DNA from: an uncultured Acidobacteriaceae bacterium
GTDB taxonomy: Bacteria > Acidobacteriota > Terriglobia > Terriglobales > Acidobacteriaceae
Reading direction: 5' to 3'
NCBI GenBank assembly: GCA_963792305.1
Contig: CAWBXL010000247.1
Coordinates: 1 to 57,121, forward strand
Length of the DNA: 57,121 nucleotides
The position numbers and the translations under genes were made by a program. The notes beneath the pieces are model-generated. The model did no database searches. It was not told the origin of the DNA and saw nothing but the letters and a program-made list of their open reading frames with translations. This document shows positions 47,511 to 57,121 of this stretch, in pieces. The first letter of the stretch is position 1. Each line of letters begins with the position of its first letter.

Positions 47511-48126
47511 TTAGAGTTTGCCGGACTTGGCTGCCTCATAGCGTTTGTTGATTTCGTCCCAGTTGATGACGTTCCACCATGCGGTCAGGTACTCGGGACG
47601 GCGGTTGTTGTACTTCAAATAATAAGCGTGCTCCCAGACGTCATTGCCGAAAATTGGAGAGAGGCCTTGCGACATCGGGTTGTCCTGGTTGAGAGTGCTT
47701 AGGACTTGCAATCTCCGCCCTTAGCCGCGACCCACGCCCAACCTGAACCGAATTGCTTGGTGCCGGCGTCGTTGAATTTTGTCTTCAGGTCAGCGAAGCT
47801 GCCGAAAGCCTTTTTAATGGCATCGGCAATGGCGCCTGAGGGTTCGCCTCCGCCGCCCGGCTTCATGATTTTCCAGAACATGCTGTGATTGACGTGGCCT
47901 CCGCCGTTGTTGCGGACGGCGCCGCGGATGTCTTCGGGGATCGAATTAGATCTTTGATTAACTCCTCAACAGTTTTGGATTGCAGGTTCGGATATTTTTC
48001 CAGGGCCGCATTTAATTTTTACGTAGGCGGCGTGATGCATGTCGTGATGGAGGTTCATGGTCGCAGGGTCGATGACCGGTTCGAACGCGGCGTAGTCGTA
48101 GGTAGGGGTGGGAGTTGGGAGCGCAT
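47511..48126 (-). CDS. Fe/Mn superoxide dismutase, at least 3 frameshifts
   Basis: The pieces read [66 protein letters not shown] (ORF 47699..47881) and [30 protein letters not shown] (ORF 47511..47711). Confidence 0.8.
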
Positions 48127-48305
48127 GATTCGTCTTCCTCCACTCTTAAGATGGCAGGAAAGTGGGGTTTGATTCAAGTTCGGCTTCCGTAAATCAATAA
48201 GGACTCAGGGCTTTGGGGTTTTACAGCTTTTGCTTTATTACTCGTGTAACTGTCGTACCGCTCGGAAGACGGGTAATATCCGAGTAGAGTTTGAGGGGAA
48301 ATTTC

Positions 48306-48680
48306 ATGGGTGACCAGATCACCCGCCAGCCGGGAACCGTTTTGCTGGTGGAAGATGAGGAGTCAGTGCGCGAACTTGTGCGCACTACTTTGGAACGGCA
48401 GGGTTATACCGTGCTTGATACCGGGGAGGGGGATGTAGCTTTGCAGATGGCGGTTTCTCATTCCGGGCCGATTGATATTTTGATTTCTGATCTGGTATTG
48501 CCGGGGATTGGCGGGCGCGAGTTGGGTTTGAAGGTGAGCCAGTCGCATCCGGAGACGAAGATTCTATTTGTGTCTGGGTATCCGGAGGATATGGTGGCTG
48601 GACCAGGGATTGAGTTTTTGCAGAAGCCGTTTACCTTGCAAGCGCTGGCGGGCAAGGTGCAGGATGTGCTGGCGTCGTAG
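48306..48680 (+). CDS. CheY-like single-domain response regulator
   Basis: VLLVEDEESVRELV..IDILISDLVLPGIGGRELG..KILFVSGY..FLQKPFT. I prefer the ATG at 48306 to the listed TTG at 48291. Confidence 0.75.
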   Translation: MGDQITRQPGTVLLVEDEESVRELVRTTLERQGYTVLDTGEGDVALQMAVSHSGPIDILISDLVLPGIGGRELGLKVSQSHPETKILFVSGYPEDMVAGPGIEFLQKPFTLQALAGKVQDVLAS

Positions 48681-48868
48681 GAACCTCAAGCGCCAAAAGC
48701 GTGGATGTTTATCGATTTTAACGGCACGAATGGAAACTCGTGCCCTTCCCAAACCTTTCATTCCATAGCATTACTCCCGCAAGTTTTCTTGCCAGTTGTG
48801 AATCTCACATAGCAATTTGCTACATCCAGCCTCCGGGCTGGCGCGTACAATATTGTTCATAGGTTTCT

Positions 48869-49825
48869 ATGCTGATCAAAAAGGCTGCGGATATTCTATC
48901 GTCGGAAATCACGCCGAAAGATGGCAGACGAATTGCCGCAAGTTTTTGGCGGGGTCGGCTTTGGCCGGCGCAGCCGCCCTGGCAGGCGGCCGATTGGGAG
49001 AGCTTTGGTCGCCGTCGCAAACAGTCGAGGCGAATACAAAATCCCGGGGATTCAGAATAGTCCGCTTTCCACCAACGAGAAGCAGAACTCCTTATAAAGA
49101 CATTACCAATTACAACAACTACTACGAGTTTTCCACCGACAAGTATGAGCCTGCGGGGTTGGCGCAGAAATTTAAGACCCGGCCGTGGACAGTCACCATT
49201 GATGGCGCTGTAAAAAAGAAGCAAAAGCTGGATGTGGACGCGATCATCAAGATGGCAGCGCCTGAGGAGCGGATTTATCGGCACCGCTGCGTGGAGGGGT
49301 GGTCGATTGTGGTGCCATGGGTTGGATTTTCGCTTAGCGAGTTGATCAAACGGTGTGATCCTCTGCCGAAGGCCAAGTTTGTGGAATTCACCACCATCCT
49401 AGATATGACGCAGATGCCGGGACAACATGCCAACATTTTGCGTTGGCCTTATACCGAAGGCTTGCGGATGGATGAGGCGATGCATTCCGCTGACGTTGCT
49501 TTGTTTCGGTCTTTATGGCGAGGTACTTCCTAACCAGAATGGGGCGCCATTGCGGATTGTGGTTCCATGGAAGTACGGATTCAAGAGCGCCAAGGCGATC
49601 GTGAAGATTTCTTTCACTGAGAGTGAGCCGCCTACGACATGGAGTGAGGCAGCACCTTCGTACTATGGGTTTTATTCCAATGTAAATCCGGGGGTTGGCA
49701 GTTTTCGGGATTCAGTCTTCCGAGCGGCGGTTAGGGGAGTTCTTGAAGCGGAAAACGCTTATGTTTAATGGGTACGACCAGGTTGCCAGCTTATATAGCG
49801 GAATGGACCTGAAAAAGTACTACTG
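48869..49825 (+). CDS. msrP: Protein-methionine-sulfoxide reductase catalytic subunit MsrP (YedY), at least 3 frameshifts
   Basis: [17 protein letters not shown] (48869..), a Tat-like [91 protein letters not shown], and [21 protein letters not shown] (stop at 49825). The reading is spread over three frames. Confidence 0.8.
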
Positions 49826-49830
49826 AAACT

Positions 49831-50478
49831 ATGGTCCGTGCGCTCAAAGTCCTGGTTTTTCTTTTGTGCCTGGTGCCGGTTGGATTGCTGGCCTGGAAAT
49901 TTTTTGGGGCCCATCCTACTGACATGAGTTCCTGGGGCGAAGGACTGGAGCGAATCCGCTGGAAGTCATTACCCATTCGACCGGCGACTGGACGATACGG
50001 TTTCTGCTGATCACCCTGGCAGTTACCCCGCTACGCAAACTTAACTCATCAAAATTGGCTGATTCGCTTTCGGCGGATGCTGGGGTTGTTCGCGTTTTTT
50101 TATGGGACGCTGCACCTGTTTACTTATCTCTGGTTTGATAAAAATTTTGTGGTGCATGACATGCTAGAGGACATTGCCAAGCGGCGGTTCATCACCATGG
50201 GTCTTTTGGCTTTTGCGTTGATGATCCCGCTGGCGCTGACTTCGACGGCGTGGACCATCCGCAAGTTGGGTGGCAAGCGCTGGCAGGCGCTGCATCGTTT
50301 AATTTATTTCAGCGCCATCGCCGGGGTGATTCATTACATTTGGCTGGTGAAGGCGGACCTGACCAAGCCGTTGCAGTATGGAGCGATTTTGACGGTGTTG
50401 TTGGGGTATCGGATTGTGGTTTGGCTCAAGCCCAAGGGGCCGCGGAAGGCAACTCCGGTTCGGACGGTGGAAGCTTAG
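49831..50478 (+). CDS. msrQ: MsrQ (YedZ) haem-binding membrane subunit, frameshift near 49900-49990
   Basis: The ATG at 49831 gives MVRALKVLVFLLCLVPVGLLAW. Other frames give ..GDWTIRFLLITLAVTPLRKL.. and ORF 50077..50478 (MLGLFAFFYGTLHLFTY..LALTSTAWTIRKLGGKRWQALHRLIYFSAIAGVIHYIW). Confidence 0.75.
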
Positions 50479-50635
50479 TGATTAGAAGTGCCGAGCATCG
50501 CAGATGCTACCGCTTCGCGGCAGGTGTGATCTGGAGTCGTTGTCAGAATAACAATTTAATTTAGTTTGTTTTATTCCTGTACCACCCACTCGCTGGTTTT
50601 TTCTTCGAATTGAAAGCCGTAACGCTGCCATGGGC

Positions 50636-50870
50636 CTACGAATTTTCTTTGTGGGCCAAGCGGGCTCGGCCTACGCGGCGTTCACCTTCAGAAACTAAAT
50701 AAACTTCTACTACCGCGCCGTCGGGAAGGGCTGTGGTGGAGTTGCACAGAAATCCGCCGACGCTTACGTTTTCGGTGGCAGTCAATTCATCGAAACGCTT
50801 GCCTTCGGCATCGGTGCCGCTTAGTTTCAGGATGGTCCGCATGCGGATGCGCACGTGGGCGCGGCGTTGT
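50636..50870 (-). pseudogene. PilZ-domain protein, C-terminal fragment truncated at the right composition junction
   Basis: The last ~75 aa of ORF 50636..52261 read RRAHVRIRMRTILKLSGTDAEGKRFDELTATENVSVGGFLCNSTTALPDGAVVEVYL, with RxxxR and (D/N)xSxxG-type PilZ motifs in moderate-GC DNA. There is no start codon of its own, and it is fused in frame to GC-rich kinase sequence. Confidence 0.5.
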
Positions 50871-52745
50871 CCGCGGATCCGGGTCCCGCCACCGGGACCT
50901 GACACGACCTCGAACCGTCCGCCCAGCGCGGCGACGCGATCGCGCATGTTGTCGAGACCGCGACGTTGCGTGGCCTCCACGTCGAAGCCGGGCCCGTCGT
51001 CGCGGACCTCGAAGCGCAGGTCGCTGCCGAGCTCGAGCACGACCCAGATCCGCGTGGAGCCGTGCGCGTGCTTCGCGACGTTCTGCATCGCCTCGAGGCA
51101 GCAGAAGTACACCGCGGCCTCGACCTCGTCGGCGTAGCGGTCGGACCCGTTCACCTTCACGTTCACAGGCAGGGGCGACTCCGTGGCCACGGCGCGGACC
51201 GCGTCGGGCAGGCCGTGGGCGGCGAGCGCCGCCGGGTAGACGCCTGCGGCGAGCGACCGGAGCTCCTCGAGCACGCCATCGACGTCGCGCGCGAGCCGCT
51301 GGAGCATCTCGCGGGCCCCGGCCGGGCTCTGGCGATCATCTCCTCGGCGAGCTGCAAGCGGATGCGCAGCGCGACGAGCCGTTGCTGGCCCCCGTCGTGG
51401 AGGTCGCGCTCGATCCGGCGGCGCTCGTCGTCGGCGGCCGCGAGGATGCGCGCCCGGGACTCCTGCAGCTCCTCGTTGGACGTGTCGACGCGCTCGGCGA
51501 GGCGCTGGTTCTCGTCCCAGACGAGCGCGAAGCCGCCGACCGCCTCCAGGTATGCCCGCTGCTCGTTGAGCCCCGCGTCGTGGATGAGAGCTGCGACCGG
51601 GCCGGCGTCGGACTCGATGACGGTGACCGCTCGGTCGGAGCCGTCCTCGGGCAGCCACGCGGGCCACCCGTCGGCGGTCACCCAGCCGTCCACGTCGCGC
51701 GGCCGGGGGTACACGAGCTCGAGCGACGGGTCCATGACCACCTTGGCGATCGCGCTGCGCCGCTCCTCGGTGGTGTGGGCGGCGCGGAGACGCTGTGCCA
51801 GCAGCAGGAGCGCGTCGGCCGCGTACAGCCGCCAGCTCAGGAGGCCGGCAAGGAACCCGAGCGACATGAGCGGCAGGCTCAGCGCGAGTGTGTCGGCCAG
51901 CCACGTGGCGCTGCCGTCGTCGATCACCCCGGCTCGGCGGAGGACGATCCAGGTGCCGAGCGACGATGCGGACGATCGCGCACAGCAGGACGGGGAGGAG
52001 CGCGCGCCGCATGAGGCGCGTCGCGTGCTGGAGTCGGTACGCCAGGCGCCACACGATCAGGGCGGTGATCAGGACCGTGATCGCCTCCCACCGGGAGGAC
52101 CCCGTCCGTGATCCATCCGGGCGTCGACGCACAGCAGGGTCAGCGCGTTGGCGGGCAGTCGGCGGTGGCACGTGACGTAGTAGGCGCGGGCGCGGGAACT
52201 GCTCGACCAGGAACCCGGTCGGGATGTAGAGGATCCCGATGAGCGCCACGACCGCTCCCACGAGCAGCGCGGTCGGTACGGCCCGGAAGCCGCCCGAGGG
52301 GAACGCAGGATGAGGTAGACGATCCCGACCTCCGCCACCCAGGCGGCAGCCGGCCGACGCTGTACGGGAGCGTCGGTCGCGCGGAAGGGCGACGACGGAC
52401 CGACAGACCGACGGCGACGAGCAGGCGCCCGAACCGGGCGTGGGTCGCCTCGCGCCAGGCGTAGAGCCCGACGGCGATCGGCGCGCCGATCATGAGCGCG
52501 TTGCGGACCGCCAGCCTGCCCGGGCTCGGGCATCCCCCGGTCAGCGCGAGGACGCACCGACGCGGCCACGGAGCAGCAGCCGAGCGCGGCGACGCCGAGG
52601 ACGACCCGCGTGCTCGCGCCGGGCCGAGACGGCGAGGCTGCGCGGACTCGGCCGTCCGGCGGTCGGCCGATCGATGGCATAGCCGACTCTGTGAGGCTGG
52701 GGCGGGGCGCCGAAAGGGACACCCACGAACGTGGCGCGCACACAC
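50871..52745 (-). CDS. Membrane sensor histidine kinase (HisKA_3 + HATPase_c), frameshifted and 3'-truncated at the junction
   Basis: The HisKA_3 region is ERRRIERDLHDGGQQRLVALRIRLQLAEE (ORF 51163..51927). The ATPase region is AAVYFCCLEAMQNVAKHA..LRFEVRDDGPGFD..RGLDNMRDRVAALGGRFEVVSGPGGGTRI (ORF 50636..52261). TM-like segments lie in ORFs 52069..52743 and 52140..52745. Confidence 0.55.
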
Positions 52746-52801
52746 TACAGCCTCGCCCGGAATACGGACGCGGCCAGCCGGCCCGCGCCGGACGGCGCCG
52801 T

Positions 52802-53095
52802 CAGTTCTGCAGGATGCGCGCCTTCTCGGCGGCGAACTCCGTCGTCGGTGAGCACGCCCTGCTCCTTGAGCTCGGCCGAGCTGCGTGAGCTTGTCGATGC
52901 GGCTCTCGGCTCGGCGCGGCGCCGGCGGCGGCGGCGGCGGCGGCTGCGGCGCCTGCTGCGGCTAGGCCTGCCTGCTGCTGCGCGTCCTCCGCGCCCCACT
53001 TGTTCGCCTGGCGGCGGCTGACGCGGTTGGAGACGGTGGTCGCGGTGCCCGGCGATCACCGCGGTGCGGCCGACCCCGCGGAGCAGTCCTGGCAT
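52802..53095 (-). CDS. SHOCT-domain small protein, frameshifted
   Basis: MPGLLRGVGRTAVIAG (ORF 52745..53095) ..VSNRVSRRQ.., an Ala/Gln-rich linker over a GCG/GGC repeat, then ..LAELKEQGVLTDDEFAAEKARILQN* (stop at 52802) read across frames. Confidence 0.45.
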
Positions 53096-53114
53096 GGGTC
53101 AGGTCCTTTCGCGT

Positions 53115-53569
53115 TCAGCCGGCGGCCGACTCGGCGGCGTCGAGGGCGGCGATGAGATCGGCGTGCGGGATGCGCTGGTTGTCGAGGAGCACGCCCGCCG
53201 TTGCGGCGGACGGCGGCGGCGAACGGCGCGGCCCAGCGGTTCTCGTACATGATCATCACGGCCGCGGTGCCGGGCTCGATCGTCGTCCGCGACCGTCGCG
53301 ACGTCGTCGTCGCCGAGCAGGCCGCTCGACGCGCCCTGCGAAGACGTGCAGGTCGCCGAGGCTGTCGCGCGTCGACGTCCGTCGGCCTCGAAGCCGGCGA
53401 ACGTGCCGTCCTCGCCTTGCATCACGAAGAGCACGTCGAGCACGCGGATGATGCCCCGGTCGACGAGGTCGAGCAGCAGCGGGACGGCCTCGCCGGTCAT
53501 CGGCGCGTCGGCCGGATAGCCGATCACGACGATGTCGATCGGGCCGAGCTCCTCTTCCTGTGCTTCCAT
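53115..53569 (-). CDS. DUF6325-like protein (partner of SHOCT proteins in Actinobacteria), frameshifted
   Basis: GPIDIVVIGYPADAPMTGEAVPLLLDLVDRGIIRVLDVLFVMQGEDGTFAGFE (ORF 53099..53569). It continues as ..SSGLLGDDDV.., YENRWAAPFAAAVRRNGG (ORF 53056..53259) and ..IPHADLIAALDAAESAAG* in other frames. Confidence 0.4.
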
Positions 53570-53610
53570 GGTTGCCTCCGTTTCGTGCGCTACGCCGTTG
53601 CGCCGCCACG

Positions 53611-54543
53611 CTAACCCGGCCCGGGTGCGGGGGCATCACCTGGACCGGATGATAAGCCGCTCACGCAGCCGCCGGCGCGGGGGCCTGCGACGCAGCGGCG
53701 GGGCGCGAGGTCGGCCAGCGTGAGCAGATGGCGCGGCGGCGTCGAGGACCGCGTGCGGACGGTGACCTCAGGCCGGCCCCGACGTGCAGCAGCTCGCCCG
53801 AGCGAGCGCCGCCAGCCGGGGTCCTCGTCCATGCGCTCGCTGGCGACGATCACGGCGGGTGGCGCGTGAGGTGCGCCGGAGCGGACGCGCACCGTGCCGG
53901 CGGCGCTGGCGGCGTCGAGGTGACGATCGCCGCGCGGGCCGCCGGCGGCGCGCTCGAGCACCCACAGCTCGTGCGTGTCGGGGTAGCGGAGCGCCCACAG
54001 CCCGTCCGCGGTGGCCAGGATCGAGGTTGATCGCGAAAGCGGGAGGTTGCGCGGCGACCCAGCGGGCGGCCGCGGTGATGCCCGCCCCCACGTCGCCGCC
54101 GTGGCGCTCGGTCTCGCGCGGTGATCAGCGCGAACAGCCGCTCGGAGTCGGTGTCGCCGCGGACGAGCGCGCAGGTCGTCGCCGAGCTCGTGCTCGAGCC
54201 GCGTCGAGGTCCTCGATCACGCCGTTGTGGGCGAACAGCCGGCCGCGCTGCTCGAACGGGTGCGTGTTGCGCACGCTCGATCGCGCCGGTCGTCGCGTAG
54301 CGGATGTGGGCGACGAACGTCCGTCGACTCGAGCTCGCGCGCCTCGCGCGCGAACTCCCGGTCCTCGTAGGCGGCGATCGGCTGCTTGGCGACGCTGCGG
54401 CGCGCCCGTCCTCGCCGAACCAGCCCAGGCCGGTGCCGTCGGGCTCGCGGCGGCTCTGCGCGCGAGGCTGTCGGGCGCCTCGAGCAGCCAGAACGTCGCC
54501 TGACCGGCGTCCGCCCGCGGTCATGCCCGAACAGGCGACACAT
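53611..54543 (-). CDS. Class II (Ntn-type) glutamine amidotransferase, multiply frameshifted
   Basis: MCRLFG at 54543 carries the Cys2 nucleophile. Further pieces read EPDGTGLGWFGEDGR, KQPIAAYEDREFAREARELES, TFVAHIRYATTGAIE, VRGDTDSERLFALIT, GAGITAAARWVAAQPPAFAIN and AVIVASERMDEDPGW, spread over several frames. The 3' end is approximate. Confidence 0.5.
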
Positions 54544-54552
54544 GCCCGGTAC

Positions 54553-56431
54553 CTACGGCAGGCCCGGGGACGGGCTGAGCGCCGTCAGCGCGATTGCCGC
54601 GGGCCGGCCCGAGGGCGGCCGGTTCGCCAGCCGCGTGCGGACGCGGCGCCCGCCGAGCCGGCCGGCCAGCACGCCGCGCCGGCTCACGACGACCCGGCCG
54701 TGGGCGGCGCGCGCGCCGGCGATCCGCAACTTCGAGCGCGCCGCGGGCCGTGGCGCGCCCGCTCACGCGCACGCCGGGCACGACGATCACGCCGCGGAGC
54801 CGCGCGGCGGCGCCGAGGCGGTAACGCCCGCCGCGCAGCCTGCCCCCGCGCCGCGCACGGCGTCGAACGCGGGCGAGCCGGCGAGGTCGAGGAAGTCGAG
54901 CGTCGCGTCGATCGCCCCGACCGTGCTGGCCCGTGCTGCGCAAGGCAGGCCGGGCCGCGGCGCCAGCTGCGCAAAGGCGGCCGGCGGGACGGCGGTGGCG
55001 GGGACGCCGGTCGCGACGCGCGGGCAGCGCGTGCCGGCGGGCCGGGGCCCGCGACGAAGCGCAGCAGGGCCGGCGCACGCCGCATCCGCTGGGATCCGCG
55101 CCGACGATCGCGTGCCCCACGCCCGGTACGGTCACGCGCTGCGCGCCCGGGATCCGGGCGGCGATGCGGGCGGAGACCTCGGGCGGCGTGCGCAGGTCCT
55201 CCCCGCCCTGGAGGATCAGGGTCGGCACGGTCGGGTATGGCCGCCGGCCGCGGCGGCGGACGGGTCGGGCCAGCGCAGGCAGAGGTCGATCTCGTCCTCG
55301 ACGACGATCGGCGGCGTCGAACGGCGCGAACGTGTTCGCGGGCAGCGCCGCGAGCCGCTGCTGGGCGACCGCGGGCCGCTGGTCGATCGGCGTCCCCGGG
55401 TCCCAGGGCATCGGCGACGTCTCGCAGACGGTCGAGTAGCGCGCGACGGAGAAGTCGCGCGGCGAGCCGAGGCACGTCGAGCGTCGCGGAGCACGGAGCA
55501 TCCGCGGCCAGCAGCGCGCCGTCGCCGGCAGCGCCGAGCGGACCGCGATCGGGAGATCGCCCGCAGCGGCGGGATGTAGTCGGTCGACAGCATCAGGTCG
55601 AACAGCGCCAGCGGCGTGATCGTGACCTGGTGGCGGCCGTGGGCGTCGTAGGCCACGCTCCACCATCGGCTTGGCGCGCAGGCGGGCGACCAGCGTCGCG
55701 AGGTCGGCGGCGGGGTCGGCGCTGATGCCCGCGCAGGGCCGGGGCAGAGCGAGCGCAGCGTCGCGCCCATCGCGCGGAACGTCGCGGTGAGGAACGGGTC
55801 GCGGTCGTCGGGGTCGACGACGGAGTCGAGGATCAGCCGCTCGACGTGCTGCGGGTAGGTGCGCGCGTACGCGATCGCGAGCTCGGTGCCGTAGGAGATC
55901 CCGAACAGCGTCAGCTTGTCGACGCCCAGCTGCGCGCCGGATCGCCTCCATGTCCTGCGACGGAGTCCGCCGTCGTGTAGTGGTGGCGGCGACGCCGAGC
56001 CGGTTCGCGCAGTCCTCGCCCGCGGACGTGCTGCGCAGGTGCGGGTCGCGTCTCGAGCTCCGGGCAGCGCAGCAGGCCGGAGCGGCCGGTGCCGCGCTGG
56101 TCGTAGCCGATCAGCCGGAAGCGCGCTCGAGCTGCGGGACCGCGGCTGAGGACGCTGAGCATCTCGCTCACGCCGGCGCCGCCCGGGCCGCCGGAGAGGT
56201 ACATCAGCGTCGGGCCGGTCGGGCTGCCGGCGCGGGCGACGCGGAGGTCGATCGTGCCGGGATCGCGCCGCGCGCGATCGAGCGGGACGGTGAGCGTCGC
56301 GCAGCGCGACGTCGCGGAAGTCGACGCACGGCCCCAGTCGCAGCGCCGCGCGCGGCGTTCGGGAGCGAGGCAGCGCGGCGAGCGCGAGCAGCGCGGGAAG
56401 AACGGCCCTCCGGGCCGTGGACGGCGACCAT
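54553..56431 (-). CDS. Secreted alpha/beta hydrolase (tripeptidyl aminopeptidase/TAP-like), multiply frameshifted
   Basis: The pieces read LTVPLDRARRDPGTIDLRVAR..PTLMYLSGGPGGAGVSEM..FRLIGYDQRGTGRSGLLRCPELE (ORF 55911..56726 frame) and VDKLTLFGISYGTELAIAYARTYPQHVERLILDSVVDPDDRDPF (55216..56760 frame). A third piece reads PTLILQGGEDLRTPPEVSARIAARIPGAQRVTVPGVGHA (54521..55951 frame). The ends are approximate. Confidence 0.5.
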
Positions 56432-56452
56432 AGGCGGCGGAGCGTAGCGGCG

Positions 56453-56991
56453 TCAGGGGCGCAAGCGGCGCGGCGAGCGGCTCGTAGCGGGCGCCGCGCG
56501 GGCCGCAGGCGGACGAGTAGAGCGTGACCGCCGCGGCGTTGAACTCGAGCGGATCGAGGCGCGACCATCGGCGTGCGGGCGGGCGCGTGCGCGGCCGCAG
56601 CCGGGCGACGGTGACGTGCGGGCGGAACGGGCGCGCTTCGGGCGTGTAGACGCCGGCGGCGGCGAGCGCGGCCGAGACGCGCGCCTGCAGCGCCGCGAGC
56701 CCGCCCGCTGGGTCCGCGAGCGCCACCGTGAGGACGCGCGGCGCGCCGGGGCGGGAGCACGAGCGGGTCGCCGAGCGCGAGCCGCGGCGCGGCGAAGGCC
56801 TAGGCGGCGACCAGGCGGGGCGATGGCGTCGACGTCCGCCGCGGGCGAACCGAGGAAGGCGAGCGTGACGTGCGAACGTCGCCGGGTCGAGCGGCCGCCA
56901 GACGACCGGGATCCGCGGCGGCGTCGCGGAAGCGGATCAGCGCGTCTCAGCGACCGGCGTCGGGCAGGTCGAGGGCGCAGCCGCAGCGTCA
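56453..56991 (-). CDS. 2H phosphoesterase / RNA 2',3'-cyclic phosphodiesterase (ThpR/LigT-like), frameshifted
   Basis: Two H-x-T-x motifs are present: HVTLAFLG (ORF 56453..57118 frame) and RPFRPHVTVARL (ORF 55911..56726 frame). There is also ..ALDLPDA.. near the GTG at 56991 and AVTLYSS..ARYEPLA at the C-terminus. Confidence 0.5.
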
Positions 56992-57121
56992 CGCCAGCAG
57001 GCGGCGCAGCAGGTGCATGACGACGTCGTCCGCTCGCGCACCAGCCCGCGGTCCCCGGGCAGCTGCACCGTGCGGTCGAGCCGTAGCAACACGAACTGAA
57101 CCGAGGCCACGTGGACATAGA

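Noticed and set aside
50636-52261. A single 541-aa histidine kinase-PilZ fusion protein
   Set aside because: Composition and codon usage switch inside the ORF at ~50870. The kinase lacks its C-terminal end and the PilZ part lacks a start, so this is better explained by a chimeric join than by a novel domain architecture.
54304-55725. 473-aa and 397-aa + strand ORFs in the right flank
   Set aside because: The translations are extremely Arg/Ala/Gly/Pro-rich. The minus strand carries alpha/beta-hydrolase and amidotransferase motifs, so these are shadow ORFs of GC-rich DNA.
1-57121. tRNA, rRNA, tmRNA, transposase, integrase or prophage genes that could explain the foreign block or the TIR/SIR2 islet
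   Set aside because: Reading by eye found no T-loop/acceptor-type tRNA signatures, no rRNA-like stretches, and no DDE or tyrosine/serine recombinase motifs in any ORF. A tRNAscan/Infernal run would be needed to be certain about small RNAs.

Overview
The 57.1-kb window has three parts by base composition. Positions ~1-5500 and ~50870-57121 are very GC-rich, Actinobacteria-like DNA in which third codon positions are almost all G/C. On the minus strand these flanks encode a D12-type DNA methyltransferase fragment, NarL-type and receiver-only response regulators, and two HisKA_3 sensor kinases (one with PAS/GAF/PAS). They also encode a TPR protein, a SHOCT/DUF6325-like pair, a class-II glutamine amidotransferase, a TAP-like alpha/beta hydrolase and a 2H phosphoesterase. 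Nearly every flank gene is broken by frameshifts, locally every 50-100 nt. The central ~45 kb (~5500-50870) has moderate GC and reads like an Acidobacteriota-type chromosomal segment. It carries dusB, an MBL hydrolase, an aminotransferase, a carboxylesterase, pheT-pheS, rplT-rpmI-infC, mtaB, rpsU and a CarboxypepD_reg/TonB-dependent receptor. It also carries an FAD oxidase, FG-GAP and GWxTD proteins, class II ribonucleotide reductase nrdJ, an osmoprotectant ABC transporter, an amine oxidase, sod, a CheY-like regulator and msrPQ, with several REP-like palindromic repeat families between them. Both composition junctions cut genes: an ICMT-family 3' fragment on the left, and a PilZ fragment fused in frame to a kinase on the right. 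The block is therefore better explained as an assembly or construction chimera than as a natural island. I recognised no rRNA, tRNA, CRISPR array, transposase or integrase. The most interesting locus is an AT-rich, translationally coupled four-gene minus-strand operon at 35515-37979, between nrdJ and a repeat-rich spacer. Its genes are a TIR-like DUF1863 protein, a haem-oxygenase-like di-iron enzyme, a SIR2_2 protein and a 115-aa unknown. It is a Thoeris-like NAD+-centred defence candidate with a non-canonical oxygenase-like component and no recognisable SLOG sensor. Single-base indels, several of them in homopolymer runs, also interrupt about 11 central genes including the SIR2 gene, so sequence quality must be checked before any pseudogene is called.
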